A DNA stretch of 64,000 nucleotides from an uncultured delta proteobacterium (GTDB taxonomy: Bacteria > Desulfobacterota > Binatia > UBA9968): contig CAVTUQ010000004.1 in NCBI GenBank assembly GCA_963737905.1, positions 1 through 64,000 of the forward strand. The letters are read 5' to 3'. Below the pieces are notes generated by a model that had not been told where the DNA came from, did no database searches, and saw only the letters and a program-made list of their open reading frames with translations. Below are positions 1 to 9,874 of the stretch, in pieces; position 1 is the first letter of the stretch; every line of letters starts with the position of its first letter. Both the position numbers and the translations under genes were made by a program.

Positions 1-2011
1 CCTCACGCCCGGCGGTTACTAACGGCTCCAACGGCACGGACGGATCCAGAGGATTTTTTCTCCGTGCCGCCTCGAGGTAGCGCTCGGCGTCTTCCGGTAG
101 CATCAATCCTTCTTTGACGAGATCGTCGACCGCACGTTTCACGGCCTCAATGTAGACCGCGTGGCTCGCATAGCGCTCTTCAATCGAGAGACGTGGATCG
201 CCGCTCTTTTCACGCTCCGCTCTCGTGCGCGCGAAGGTAATGATACAGCCGTTGGTGGAAAGCAGCTCGCCCTCGGCGAAGCCTGCTTTGCGTAGTGCCC
301 AGCCTAAGTAGGTCCCTAGCGGCACCTGCATGTCGGGGTAACGTACTCCGCCCATGTCGTTGCCGTCGGCATCAACTTGCGGAACCTGGACAGGATATTC
401 TTTACCTTCCACTGCTTCAGGCGGGAACATACTGATGATTCCACGATCGAAGTCCGGGCCGTAGTTCCAATATGGCAACCGACTAGGAGTGGCGGGAAGA
501 TTGACACCTGGAATTTTCGGAAAGCGTTTCAGCGCTTCTTCGGGAGATACCAACGTTCCATCCGACCTTTTTGGGATACGACTCGGCGGCGGCGGTTCGC
601 CGGTAGTCGCCCAATGATCCATCAGCGCAAAGCAGGCGCGCAGAAACGGTTGCGGCGAAATATTGTTCGGCGGCAGCTGGCCGATCCAACGGGGGTTATC
701 GGCTGCTATCGCTGCGTGAGGCATGCCGGCAAGGGCGTACATGCGCACGGTCGGCGGAATCTCGACGTCGCTTCCGTCCCGCGGGTCGGTGTGAGTCATT
801 GAACCGTGCCGTTCCCAATATTCGCCCGCTGTATGGCTATGAATGACCAACGGATCGGTATCTGGGCGCTTGAGCACGCTATCCAGCTTTCCGGAACACG
901 GGTCGGGGACAGGCGTAAAAGTGAACGGGTAGCGCTCCGATGGCCAGGAATGCTCTTCATGTTGACGCGGGTAGCGCCCGATCTGAGCGAAGCGCATGTT
1001 GAAAAAAAGGCGTCCGACGCCGGTGTGCGTCAGCACCGCGTCGAAAACTTTGCGGCCCTTCGCATCTCGGTTCCAGCCTTCATAAACATATTCGCGGACG
1101 ACGCGCCCGGCGAGAGACGCGCCGTAGCCGTAGGCTTTGTCGACAAAACCTGCGAGCGGGTTCGGGGCGCCGTTTGCGTCCGATTCACCGTGGCGCAAGA
1201 ACGCGATAAGATCGCGCAACCCGAGGAAACCAAGGCCCATCACCCGGGAGCCTTCGGTGTCGTAAATCAATTCGTAGATCCAGCCTGGCTTGAAACCGCC
1301 CTTGACGTAAAGATCGGTGCTGGAAAGACTAAGTTCCACCTTGCCGTCCGTGTCCTTAGCTTTTGCCAACTCCCATTCACCGTCGGGCACAGGGACTCGC
1401 CGATCGGCCTCCTTCTCACGCACGGTGAGAGTCGCGTTGGCTCGATTGAGCACCGGATAGCATTGAATGTTGGCTGCGCCGCTCACTGGCATCGAGAGGA
1501 TGCTACGCTTATCGGAAATGAATTCCTGCCGGACCCGGCCGCGAAGAGGCCGGCCGTTTTGACGCGCCTCCGGCAAGAAGGCAACGAGATTGTTGCGGGT
1601 GTAAATAAGGTCGCCCTGCCAACCACACCACACGACCGTATAGCCCAGTCGATTGAGGAAACCATTACCGGCGTAGCTTTGCTTGGAGAGATCCGCACCG
1701 CCTCCATCGTTCAACCGGTTGAATGCGCCGCGATTGCCGCGATTGGAAAAATCGAACAGCAGGCGGCGGTTGCCGCGGTTTAAATCCACTGGTTTGACAA
1801 CGTCGAGAACGGCCTTGAACTCCACTAGGCCTTCAGCATTTCGTGGCGCCAAGTCCAAGTCCACGACGAATGGGAGACCATTTTCATCAGGATCGATAGC
1901 AAAGGACACCATTCCCAACAGACGTTCATAGGGGCCCGCACTACCGAAAGAGACACCCTCTGCGAAAGGCGTTTTGCTGTCAAACTCGATGCGAATTTGA
2001 TTGCGTGACAT
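1..2011 (-). CDS. Alpha/beta-hydrolase-domain protein (tannase-like, about 670+ aa); 3' end runs off the window
   Basis: Absent from the ORF track because it has no stop in the window. Hand translation from ATG 2011 (AAGGA RBS upstream) gives MSRNQIRIEFDSKTPFAEGVSFGSAGPYERL...NRGNR...GYTVVWCGWQGDL...GASLAGR...VPQVDADGNDMGGVRYPDMQVPLGTYLGW...DPRLSIEERY, open to position 2. Confidence 0.85.
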   Translation of the reverse strand, partial: MSRNQIRIEFDSKTPFAEGVSFGSAGPYERLLGMVSFAIDPDENGLPFVVDLDLAPRNAEGLVEFKAVLDVVKPVDLNRGNRRLLFDFSNRGNRGAFNRLNDGGGADLSKQSYAGNGFLNRLGYTVVWCGWQGDLIYTRNNLVAFLPEARQNGRPLRGRVRQEFISDKRSILSMPVSGAANIQCYPVLNRANATLTVREKEADRRVPVPDGEWELAKAKDTDGKVELSLSSTDLYVKGGFKPGWIYELIYDTEGSRVMGLGFLGLRDLIAFLRHGESDANGAPNPLAGFVDKAYGYGASLAGRVVREYVYEGWNRDAKGRKVFDAVLTHTGVGRLFFNMRFAQIGRYPRQHEEHSWPSERYPFTFTPVPDPCSGKLDSVLKRPDTDPLVIHSHTAGEYWERHGSMTHTDPRDGSDVEIPPTVRMYALAGMPHAAIAADNPRWIGQLPPNNISPQPFLRACFALMDHWATTGEPPPPSRIPKRSDGTLVSPEEALKRFPKIPGVNLPATPSRLPYWNYGPDFDRGIISMFPPEAVEGKEYPVQVPQVDADGNDMGGVRYPDMQVPLGTYLGWALRKAGFAEGELLSTNGCIITFARTRAEREKSGDPRLSIEERYASHAVYIEAVKRAVDDLVKEGLMLPEDAERYLEAARRKNPLDPSVPLEPLVTAGRE

Positions 2012-2092
2012 TGGTTTTTCCTTTTATTCTAGTGTCTTGTCTCGCAAATTTGTCGCATATTTCCCCCCATCACGCCCCAAAAATCTCCCCTT

Positions 2093-2113
2093 CCCCTCTT
2101 TTCCAAAGAGGGG
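2093..2113. repeat. Palindromic hairpin CCCCTCTTT-tcc-AAAGAGGGG (REP-like or terminator-like)
   Basis: Perfect 9-bp inverted repeat just downstream of the flavoprotein stop. Confidence 0.6.
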
Positions 2114-2121
2114 TTAAAGTC

Positions 2122-3906
2122 CTACGGAGAAACTCCCCTTGAAACGTCCTTTACCGATGAACTCATTCGCGCTTCTATCGCTGCGTTGATACCGGCGATG
2201 TAACCCTGAGTGGCACAGCGGCCCATGCCATGTTGATTGAATCCGCCGGCTGACTCGCCCGCGCAATAAAGACCGGGAATCACTTGCCCATTCATGTCCA
2301 TCACCTGGCATCTCGCATTGATTCTAAGGCCGGCGCGAGTGTCGTGAATCACCGGCGTCGCCCAGGCAGCATAGAACGGCGGGGTCTGAATCTTGTATTG
2401 GGGCGCTGGCTTACCGAAATCACTGTCCTCACCCGAATCAACGAAAGAGTTATAGCGTTCCACCGTCGCCTGCAATACTGCGCCTTTCATCGGCTTGGCC
2501 TGGTATTCATTTACGATGGCGGCGGCCAGTTCCGGTAGGGTGTGCGCCGAAAAGAAATACCCCTCTGGATCCACGTGAGGGGGCATGACCTTCCATCCTT
2601 CTCTTTGGACAGCAGCCGCGTCGAAGATAGACCACATCGGCCCGGCGCAATAATCGGGTGGCTCGGAGTATTCATTCATCGCCATGGCGGCGTTGAAAAA
2701 GTTGTACCTGGTCGGATTGAACTTGATATTCTCGGCATTGCGATAATCGTTTGGCGTATACGGGTCGATTTGGTGTCCCAGGTTACCGTGCGGAGGATCC
2801 CCCTTGGTCTCATCGTAGAATCGTTTACCGACCTGGTTCACCAAGATCACGTCCTGCCAATCCTTGACGTTAAAGCCGGTAGCGCGAACGAGCGGAAAGA
2901 TCGGGCTCTCAACCTTCCACACCACGTAATTATACTTTGTCGCCAGGGCACGCTGGGTTCGAATGGTGGCGCCGTTTTCGAGAGTTTGATTGACCAGACC
3001 CCACAGCGATGCACCAACGGCCATCGCTGCGAGCTCACCGCTGGCGTCCTGATATGTATAAGGTTCACCCCCGACTTGGATCATTGCGGTCATCCTTAGG
3101 TCGAACATGCGCCGAAAGTTTACGTTGCTAGTGCTGCCTCCGGTGGCGATGATAACGGCTTTGGTGGCGCGTAGGTTCATTGTCGGCTTGGTACTTTCGA
3201 TGTTCCCGTCCGAACGAAAGCTTTTCAGCGGTGTTGTTGCGCCGGGCATGATTCTCGGCGTGTACTGCGCGGTGATGCCGATCACCCGGCCGGATTTTTG
3301 CTCCGCGGACGGCTCGCGGATGAGACTCGTCATTTTATAGTTCAGCAAAAATCGCACGCCCTTGGCGCGCGCGCTCGCCTCGAGCGGCCTGATCACGCTC
3401 GTTCCGTTGGCGGCGTTCGGACTTTCCAATCCGGCGCCCTTGCTCCAGACAGCGTGATTTTCTCGCGGCGCGGAGTTGCCCGTCGTAGAGGCCCCGTGAT
3501 TGTCCGGAGCCTTATCCGCAAACTCCACTCCGTTGGCCAGTAAGAATTCATAGGTCAGAGCGCAATGATCGGCGAAGGCCCGCATCACCGCGCGGTCGTT
3601 GTACCGGTAATCGGGCCAACCGTTCGGTTGAACGATGGACCAATCAGTCAGATCGGAGAACACCGTGGCCGGCGAATCGGGTATGCCGTATTTTTTCTGC
3701 GCGCTGGTGCCGCCGCCCAGAGCCATATGGCCGCCGCTTATGATTGCGTGTCCACCGACATCATAATTGGTTTCCACTACGATGACCGATGCTCCGCCTT
3801 CAACGGCCTTGATCGCGGCAGGAAGCCCCGCCGCCCCCGACCCGATGATCACAACATCCGCTTCCAGATCCCAATTCCGATTATTATTCACCGCTGTATG
3901 TTCCAT
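2122..3906 (-). CDS. FAD-dependent oxidoreductase, fumarate reductase/3-ketosteroid dehydrogenase (FAD_binding_2) family
   Basis: DVVIIGSGAAG dinucleotide motif, IIATGG, HDTRAGLRIN, IPGLYCAGE. ATG 3906 follows an AAGGA RBS; the ORF track extends to GTG 3921. Confidence 0.85.
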   Translation of the reverse strand: MEHTAVNNNRNWDLEADVVIIGSGAAGLPAAIKAVEGGASVIVVETNYDVGGHAIISGGHMALGGGTSAQKKYGIPDSPATVFSDLTDWSIVQPNGWPDYRYNDRAVMRAFADHCALTYEFLLANGVEFADKAPDNHGASTTGNSAPRENHAVWSKGAGLESPNAANGTSVIRPLEASARAKGVRFLLNYKMTSLIREPSAEQKSGRVIGITAQYTPRIMPGATTPLKSFRSDGNIESTKPTMNLRATKAVIIATGGSTSNVNFRRMFDLRMTAMIQVGGEPYTYQDASGELAAMAVGASLWGLVNQTLENGATIRTQRALATKYNYVVWKVESPIFPLVRATGFNVKDWQDVILVNQVGKRFYDETKGDPPHGNLGHQIDPYTPNDYRNAENIKFNPTRYNFFNAAMAMNEYSEPPDYCAGPMWSIFDAAAVQREGWKVMPPHVDPEGYFFSAHTLPELAAAIVNEYQAKPMKGAVLQATVERYNSFVDSGEDSDFGKPAPQYKIQTPPFYAAWATPVIHDTRAGLRINARCQVMDMNGQVIPGLYCAGESAGGFNQHGMGRCATQGYIAGINAAIEARMSSSVKDVSRGVSP

Positions 3907-3936
3907 CGTTTCGTCCTTCACCCAAGATTTTTATAT

Positions 3937-4072
3937 CTAGCAGGGTGCTGAAAAAAGGAATTCGTGCTTCGAGACCCTCAGCACGAACGGAAATTCGCCA
4001 ATGATTTCAGCCCCCATCCGTTCGTCCTGAGCTTTGTCGAAGGATGAACGGCATTTTTCAGCACCCTGCTAG
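3937..4072. mobile_element. MITE-like element A with a perfect 15-bp TIR, flanked by CTAG, carrying an inverted REP doublet
   Basis: CTAG-CAGGGTGCTGAAAAA (3941-3955) ... TTTTTCAGCACCCTG (4054-4068)-CTAG. Internal CTTCGAGACCCTCAGCACGAACGG and CCGTTCGTCCTGAGCTTTGTCGAAG. Confidence 0.75.
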
Positions 4073-4249
4073 TAGAATTTCGTGCGCATTCGTCTGAACC
4101 CGATCACCCGTCTTCCGACAGGATGATATCCCAAAATTCAGAATCGCTTACAACCGTAAAAGACAAAATACAACAGCTGTGTCGTCTATCCCAGAGTTTT
4201 TCGCTTCTTGCGCCGTTGGTATACGCTGTGGTATCGGCATTGTCAGCGT

Positions 4250-4383
4250 CAGACTGTGTGAAAACCCGTCCATGCTTCGAGTGGCCTCAGCACGAACGGG
4301 TTGCGACGTGAGCAAGACAAAGTACTTGACCCGTTCGCCCTGAGCTTTGTCGAAGGGCTCCGAATGAGCTTTCACACAATCTG
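4250..4383. mobile_element. MITE-like element B with a 14-bp TIR and the same internal REP doublet
   Basis: CAGACTGTGTGAAA (4250-4263) ... TTTCACACAATCTG (4370-4383), 13/14 match. Internal CTTCGAGTGGCCTCAGCACGAACGGG and CCCGTTCGCCCTGAGCTTTGTCGAAGGG. Confidence 0.7.
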
Positions 4384-4401
4384 CGGTTGGAGGGGATTGC
4401 T

Positions 4402-5598
4402 ATGTCGGTAACGGCTACAAACAAGTATAACGTGGGCGGAGTTGCCTTGGATCGGCCGTTTAAGATTCGGCGGCTTGGCCATTTTGGCTTCAATGCTTCG
4501 GACCTCGAGGCCAGCAGGCGTTTTTATTTCGATCTGCTCGGCTTTTTTGTCACCGAACCGGCGGGCGCAGGTTTTTTCGGCAGGCACGCGGGCGATCATC
4601 ACTCCTTCGCCCTCTTCGACAAGAAGAAGTTTAACGAACGCCAATACGCCGGTCACAACGCCAAGCATTTCCGGCCGGAAAACGACATCAACCAAATCAC
4701 ATGGCAGGTCCAGAGCGTTACCGAGATGGCGGAAGCGAGCAAATATTTTCGCGATCTGGGGGTCGAGATTATGCGGGAGGGACGAGCGGGAGGAGGGGGC
4801 TCTCAATTTCACCTCTATGTGTGGGCGCCGGATGAACAGATATTCGAACTCTACTACGGCATTGAGCAGATCAGCTGGAACGGCTACGCCCGCCCGGCGC
4901 CGATGCGCCATGGTACGCCGAACCCGCCCACGGACCCACAGCTTCCCGACTACGAACTCGTGCGAGCCGATATCGACAAGGGCATCAACGTGCTCGACGG
5001 CTATCGCTCGGTGAGCGCAATGCCGCTCAAATACAACGTTGACGGAGTTCTGCTACCGCAACCTTTCAAGATTACTCGTGTCGGCCCGGTGAAACTTTTT
5101 GTCGACGACTATGAATCGCTGAAACAGTGGCACGAGCAGGTGCTGGGCTTCACCTTGACGGAAGAAGTCGAATGGCAAGGCCAACGGTGCGCCTACCTGC
5201 GTTGCGACAACGAGCATCATTCGTTGGGTCTGTTCCCCAAGCCGTGGCGTGAGAAGCTCGGTCTGAGCAAAGAGACGTCCAACATGTCCCTCGGACTGCA
5301 GCTGGCTAACTACCAGCAGCTGAAGGCGGCGGTGAGCTTCCTGCGCGAGAACGGCGTGCGGGTCGAGACCGACATCATCCCGCCAGAACTACACCCGGGT
5401 GTTGACTACGCCGCCTACGCCTTCGACCCCGACGGGCATTGCCTTGAGTTATATTATTATATGGAGCAGGTGGGTTGGGACGGGCGGCCGCGACCTAAAG
5501 CATTGCGCCGAAAGGTCGACCCGAACAACTGGCCGGAGATGTTGGAGCCGCTGTCGGACACCTACACCGGCGAACCGTTCATCGGGCCGTGGGCCTAA
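4402..5598 (+). CDS. Two-module VOC/glyoxalase (extradiol dioxygenase-like) protein
   Basis: Duplicated module YNVxGVxLxxPFKIxRxG..HHSxxLF..PDxxxxELYY. GGAGG RBS before ATG 4402. Confidence 0.8.
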   Translation: MSVTATNKYNVGGVALDRPFKIRRLGHFGFNASDLEASRRFYFDLLGFFVTEPAGAGFFGRHAGDHHSFALFDKKKFNERQYAGHNAKHFRPENDINQITWQVQSVTEMAEASKYFRDLGVEIMREGRAGGGGSQFHLYVWAPDEQIFELYYGIEQISWNGYARPAPMRHGTPNPPTDPQLPDYELVRADIDKGINVLDGYRSVSAMPLKYNVDGVLLPQPFKITRVGPVKLFVDDYESLKQWHEQVLGFTLTEEVEWQGQRCAYLRCDNEHHSLGLFPKPWREKLGLSKETSNMSLGLQLANYQQLKAAVSFLRENGVRVETDIIPPELHPGVDYAAYAFDPDGHCLELYYYMEQVGWDGRPRPKALRRKVDPNNWPEMLEPLSDTYTGEPFIGPWA

Positions 5599-5748
5599 CC
5601 AGAATATTCATTAGCCCAAGGAAAAGGGACGATATAATGTGGGCTTTATTCTAATTGTCTTGCCGAACAGATTTGATATATAGCAGGCGAGGGTCGTTTC
5701 CAGCCTAGAGCCTGGTGTCTCGCGTTAACCCCAGAGGAGGCGCACGCT

Positions 5749-7455
5749 ATGTTTGCAACGATGATGCGTAATCCCGCTCAACTCATGTTTTTCTTCACAT
5801 CGTTGATCCTGGCTTACCTCGTCCTGCCGCCGTTCTTCTTTATTCTTCATACCAGCCTGGTCGTCGACCGGGGACTACAGGCGGGCAGTTTTACCATTCA
5901 GCACTTCGAAAATATCGCTGAGTCGCTGGGGGACGTTAAAACTCTGCTCGCAAACTCGCTGATCTATTCCATCGGCAGCGCGGGGGTTGCCCTACTCTAC
6001 GGGACGGCTCTTGCCTGGCTCGCGGAACGAAGCGATGCCCCCTTTCGTAAGCTCGCTTACGTTTCGGCGTATGTATCATTTGCCATCCCGGGCATTATCA
6101 AGGTCGTCGGATGGATCATGCTCATGGGACCGAAAGCGGGATTCCTCAACGCCGCTGTGGTGGCCCTCACGGGCGCGCCCCTTTTTAACATCTTCTCTTT
6201 GAGCGGGATGGTTCTGGTTGAGAGCTTTTTGTGGATTCCGATCGTGTTTCTCTTGATGGCAACCCCGTTCCGTTCCATGGATCCCTCCTTGGAGGAAGCT
6301 GCAACCACTGCGGGAAGCACCGGTTGGCAGGTCTTCCGCAAAGTCACCTTTCCCCTGGCATTACCGAGCGTGCTAGCAGTCCTGATCTTAACTTTCATCC
6401 GTTCTCTGGAAGCCTTCGAGATTCCGGCTTTGATCGGGATTCCTGCCGGCGTCGAGGTCCTCACAACGAAGATCTATCTGCAAATCAAGGGCGGGCTGAT
6501 TCCAAAATATGGCGAAGCGAGCGCTTATTCGATCATTCTCATTGGGCTCGTCGCTCTCGGGCTCTATCCCTACTACCGTATTACCAGCAAAACATATAAG
6601 TTCACGACGATCAGCGGCAAAGCCTTTCGTCCCCATCGCATTCAGCTCGGTAAATGGCGCTGGGTCGGCGGTTTGCTTATGCTCGTTTTGCCGTTATTGC
6701 AATTCCTGCCCATCGTTGCCATCACCTGGTCTTCGTTCCTGCCTTTCGCTCAGGTCCCTTCTCGTAAAGCGCTCTCATTGTTGACGTTCAATAACTACGT
6801 GACGGCCTTCAATGATAGCGGTATCATCCGATCCGTCATGAACAGCCTGACCGTTAGTATGACGTCAGCCACAGCCGCCATCCTCATAACGTTCTTTGCC
6901 GCATGGTTGATTGTGCGCGCTTCGATAAAATATCGCTGGATACTCGACCAGATGGCGATGTTGCCGCTCGTTTTCCCTGGCATCGTTATGGGAATCGCGA
7001 TTCTAAAAATGTATCTCATGCTTCCCCTGCCCGTCTACGGCACGCTTTGGATTCTTATATTGGCCTTTATCGCGCGCTATCTTCCTTACGGTATTCGTTT
7101 TAGCCACTCTGCCTTGCTGAGTCTGCACAAAGAATTGGAGGAAGGAGCGATGGTCAGCGGGGCCAGTTGGTTCCAGATGATGCGACAAGTGGTGGTTCCG
7201 CTCATCATGCCAGCGTTGCTAGCCGGCTGGATCTATGTTTTCTTGATTACCTTCAAGGAACTGTCCATTGCCCTGCTTCTTTACTCACCGGGTTCGCAGG
7301 TCGTGGCGGTGACGATTTGGGAGCTGTGGGACAATGGCCACGTCGGGGAGCTCGCTGCTTTCAGCCTGGTCATTACCCTCGGAACCGTAATCGTGGGATC
7401 GATCTTTCTCAACATAGCGCAACGCTACGGACTGCAGGAAACTGACCTCCATTGA
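5749..7455 (+). CDS. ABC transporter permease, fused two-domain FbpB/ThiP type
   Basis: About 12 TM segments and two EAA loops (DPSLEEAATTAGS; KELEEGAMVSGAS). GAGGAGG RBS. Confidence 0.9.
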   Translation: MFATMMRNPAQLMFFFTSLILAYLVLPPFFFILHTSLVVDRGLQAGSFTIQHFENIAESLGDVKTLLANSLIYSIGSAGVALLYGTALAWLAERSDAPFRKLAYVSAYVSFAIPGIIKVVGWIMLMGPKAGFLNAAVVALTGAPLFNIFSLSGMVLVESFLWIPIVFLLMATPFRSMDPSLEEAATTAGSTGWQVFRKVTFPLALPSVLAVLILTFIRSLEAFEIPALIGIPAGVEVLTTKIYLQIKGGLIPKYGEASAYSIILIGLVALGLYPYYRITSKTYKFTTISGKAFRPHRIQLGKWRWVGGLLMLVLPLLQFLPIVAITWSSFLPFAQVPSRKALSLLTFNNYVTAFNDSGIIRSVMNSLTVSMTSATAAILITFFAAWLIVRASIKYRWILDQMAMLPLVFPGIVMGIAILKMYLMLPLPVYGTLWILILAFIARYLPYGIRFSHSALLSLHKELEEGAMVSGASWFQMMRQVVVPLIMPALLAGWIYVFLITFKELSIALLLYSPGSQVVAVTIWELWDNGHVGELAAFSLVITLGTVIVGSIFLNIAQRYGLQETDLH

Positions 7456-7458
7456 GCT

Positions 7459-7494
7459 GTTCCAATCGTTCCAAACGTTCCAGCCGTTCAAGCC
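7459..7494 (+). repeat. 9-bp tandem array GTTC(C/A)Annn x4
   Basis: GTTCCAATC GTTCCAAAC GTTCCAGCC GTTCAAGCC, starting 4 nt after the permease stop. Confidence 0.85.
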
Positions 7495-7511
7495 GTCTCG
7501 GAGGATAAATC

Positions 7512-8525
7512 GTGGATCACAGTTTTAATGTCATCGACGCCGATGCTCATCATCTGGATGCACCGGCCTACAAAAACTATTTGCCGGAACGCTTTCGCGC
7601 GCGCAGCGGGCCCTATTTCCCCTCCTTCGGTTGGGACATTTTTTTGAACGGCACGACCGGTCGGAAACCCGCCAATCCCGCGGAATATTGCAAGGATCTT
7701 GATGTGGAAAACATTGGCGACGCCGTCGCCTATCCGAGTAATGCCCTCGCCATTGGTTTGGTGCGCGAACTCGACCTCGCCTTCGAGCTGGCAAAAGCCT
7801 ACAACAATTGGGCGCATGATTTTTGCACGAGCACCGGTAATCGAGTCAAATACGCGGCGGTGATTGCGCCGCAAGTGGTGCCGGAAGCCGTGAAAGAAAT
7901 CAGCCGCGCGGTCACAGAAAAGGGCGCCGTCGGTGTCATGATGCCCACTTACGTGCAGTCGGGGCTGGATTTGGGCCAACCCGAGTTCGACCCCATTTAC
8001 GCCGAAGCACAGGAATTGGGTGTTCCCGTTGGTTTTCACGCCACCGCCCAAGTATCTCCAGGCAACACGCGCTTTCACAAATATCTCGGTGTCCATATGA
8101 CCTCCCATCCCTTCGAGCAGATGCTCTCGATCGTATCCGTGATCTCCAACGGCGTGCTCGATCGCTTTCCCAAACTCAAAGTGGGGTTTCTCGAAGCCGG
8201 TGTCGGCTTTTTGCCCTACTGGATGGAGCGCTTTGACGAAAAATATCTCAAGAGAAAATGCGAAATGGAGCCGCTCAAGATGCTTCCCAGCGAGTACGTC
8301 AAAACCAATCGCTGCTACTTCACATGCGAAGGAGAAGAATCCGCTTTGCCGCTGGTAATTGAACAGTTCGGCGATGAGTGCATGATGTACGCTTCGGACT
8401 ACCCGCACTGGGATACCGAGTGGCCCCATACGGTTAGCCAGGTCGTAGGGCGCCAAGACATTTCGGACAAGACCAAACAGAACATTCTCGCGGACAACGC
8501 ACAGGCTTTTTATCGTTTTTCCTAA
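7512..8525 (+). CDS. Amidohydrolase_2 family (decarboxylase/hydratase-like) protein
   Basis: IDADAH, GFH, FLEAGVGF, YASDYPHWD and DNA motifs. GTG start with GGAGGA RBS. Confidence 0.88.
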   Translation: MDHSFNVIDADAHHLDAPAYKNYLPERFRARSGPYFPSFGWDIFLNGTTGRKPANPAEYCKDLDVENIGDAVAYPSNALAIGLVRELDLAFELAKAYNNWAHDFCTSTGNRVKYAAVIAPQVVPEAVKEISRAVTEKGAVGVMMPTYVQSGLDLGQPEFDPIYAEAQELGVPVGFHATAQVSPGNTRFHKYLGVHMTSHPFEQMLSIVSVISNGVLDRFPKLKVGFLEAGVGFLPYWMERFDEKYLKRKCEMEPLKMLPSEYVKTNRCYFTCEGEESALPLVIEQFGDECMMYASDYPHWDTEWPHTVSQVVGRQDISDKTKQNILADNAQAFYRFS

Positions 8526-8583
8526 TCATCATGCGATCAACGAGCGGTGAAACATTCACTGCGATCGCGTAGCCTTGGCTTTC

Positions 8584-8643
8584 TGTCATTCCTGAGCGAA
8601 TGCGAAGGATCCAGATTCTTCGGCCCTTGGCCTCAGAATGACA
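8584..8643. repeat. REP-like palindromic doublet TGTCATTCCTGAGC...CTCAGAATGACA
   Basis: Inverted ends; the core CCTGAGC-n-GCGAAGG is shared with 63256-63322. Confidence 0.75.
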
Positions 8644-8660
8644 CTTGTTGTGTAGTGGAC

Positions 8661-8702
8661 TTGACGACTTGAACCCTTTGAACGTCTGGAACAATTGAAC
8701 GC
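8661..8702 (+). repeat. 9-bp tandem array TTGAACnnn x4-5
   Basis: TTGACGAC TTGAACCCT TTGAACGTC TGGAACAA TTGAACGC, just before the next RBS. Confidence 0.8.
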
Positions 8703-8725
8703 ACTCTATTCTATGGAGAAAAACC

Positions 8726-9547
8726 ATGGCCGAAAACAAACTTATCTTGGCTAATATCAACGAAAACGAAGGTATCGCCTGGCTGACGCTCAACCGGCCG
8801 GAAAAGAAAAACGCGCTCAGCATAGCGCTGCTTAGCGAGCTCGTCGGCGTTCTGCGATCGCTTGCGGACAATGACAAAATACGTTGCATCGTTACGACAG
8901 GGGCGGGCGATTCGTACTCATCGGGACGCGATCTCTATGACATGCGCAGTAACCAAACCCACCGGCGACGCAGCCGGGGCGGCGATGGCGGTGTAGTGGA
9001 GATCGTTCGAATCATGCGCAATCTTCCGCAAGTCACCTTGGCAGCGGTCAGGGGTTGGTGTCTCGGCGGAGGACTGGCGATGATCAACGGCCATGATCTC
9101 GTGATCAGCGCCGATACGGCAAAATTCGGCATGCCGGAAATCATTCGCGGAAGCTATGGCGCCACAGCGACGCCAAGCCTGTTTCACGGCGGCATACCGA
9201 TAAAGAAGGCATTCTATATATCTCTTACCGGAAGAAATCTCACAGCTCCCGAAGCGGAGCGCATCGGTCTTGTCTCCCAGGTCGTCCCTGAAAACGAATT
9301 CGACGGCTATGTTGAGACGCTCGCCAGGGAGCTCGCCAGCCGCAACGGCGCGACTCTAGAGAGCGCTAAGATCGCCGCTTATATGCAAAAGGACCTGCCC
9401 TTTCACATGGCGCTCCAGGCCGACGATCTCGTCCAGCATCGCATGCGCTACTACACCAACCCGCTGAGCGATGTGGAGGGCTACCTCCACTCGCAAAAGG
9501 GCGGCGGAAGCGTGGGATACGCAAAGCCGGAGGATAAAAAGAAATAA
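8726..9547 (+). CDS. Enoyl-CoA hydratase/isomerase (crotonase) family protein
   Basis: LTLNRPEKKNALS, YSSGRDL, GWCLGGG, FGMPEI. Confidence 0.9.
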   Translation: MAENKLILANINENEGIAWLTLNRPEKKNALSIALLSELVGVLRSLADNDKIRCIVTTGAGDSYSSGRDLYDMRSNQTHRRRSRGGDGGVVEIVRIMRNLPQVTLAAVRGWCLGGGLAMINGHDLVISADTAKFGMPEIIRGSYGATATPSLFHGGIPIKKAFYISLTGRNLTAPEAERIGLVSQVVPENEFDGYVETLARELASRNGATLESAKIAAYMQKDLPFHMALQADDLVQHRMRYYTNPLSDVEGYLHSQKGGGSVGYAKPEDKKK

Positions 9548-9695
9548 CTTGATTAGCTCCGGCCGGCCCAGGACTTCCACGAAACCACCGCGTTCAATTC
9601 GAGGTAAGCAAAATAGCCTTCTTATCGCAGCATCCAAGACGTCAATCGATGGGCAGCTCTTTGGCTCGCTGACGGGATAGGCCGATTAATAAATT

Positions 9696-9724
9696 TTGAC
9701 CGTCCGCAACCGTGGTCGTATAAT
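9696..9724 (+). promoter_or_regulatory. Near-consensus sigma70 promoter
   Basis: TTGACC-17 nt-TATAAT, with ATG at 9731 only 6 nt after the -10 (leaderless geometry). Confidence 0.6.
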
Positions 9725-9874
9725 GCAGCCATGAGCAGACGACCCAAACTTTTACCCGCTGGTAAGTCTAGCGCTCAACGACGCGCCCTTTTAGACAGAA
9801 TGGGCGATATCCCGTCTTAGTGCTGGTCTAATCTCGCGAAAAGCACTTATCGCAGTTACTGCTTGTTATTTTAA

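Noticed and set aside
806-1783. 325-aa plus-strand ORF
   Set aside because: Antisense shadow of the minus-strand hydrolase gene (1-2011), which the ORF track missed.
9542-9871. AAATAAC ... GTTATTT as an attC pair around 9.5-9.9 kb
   Set aside because: The two are about 330 nt apart with no L boxes or stem, and there is no attC after the orphan gene.
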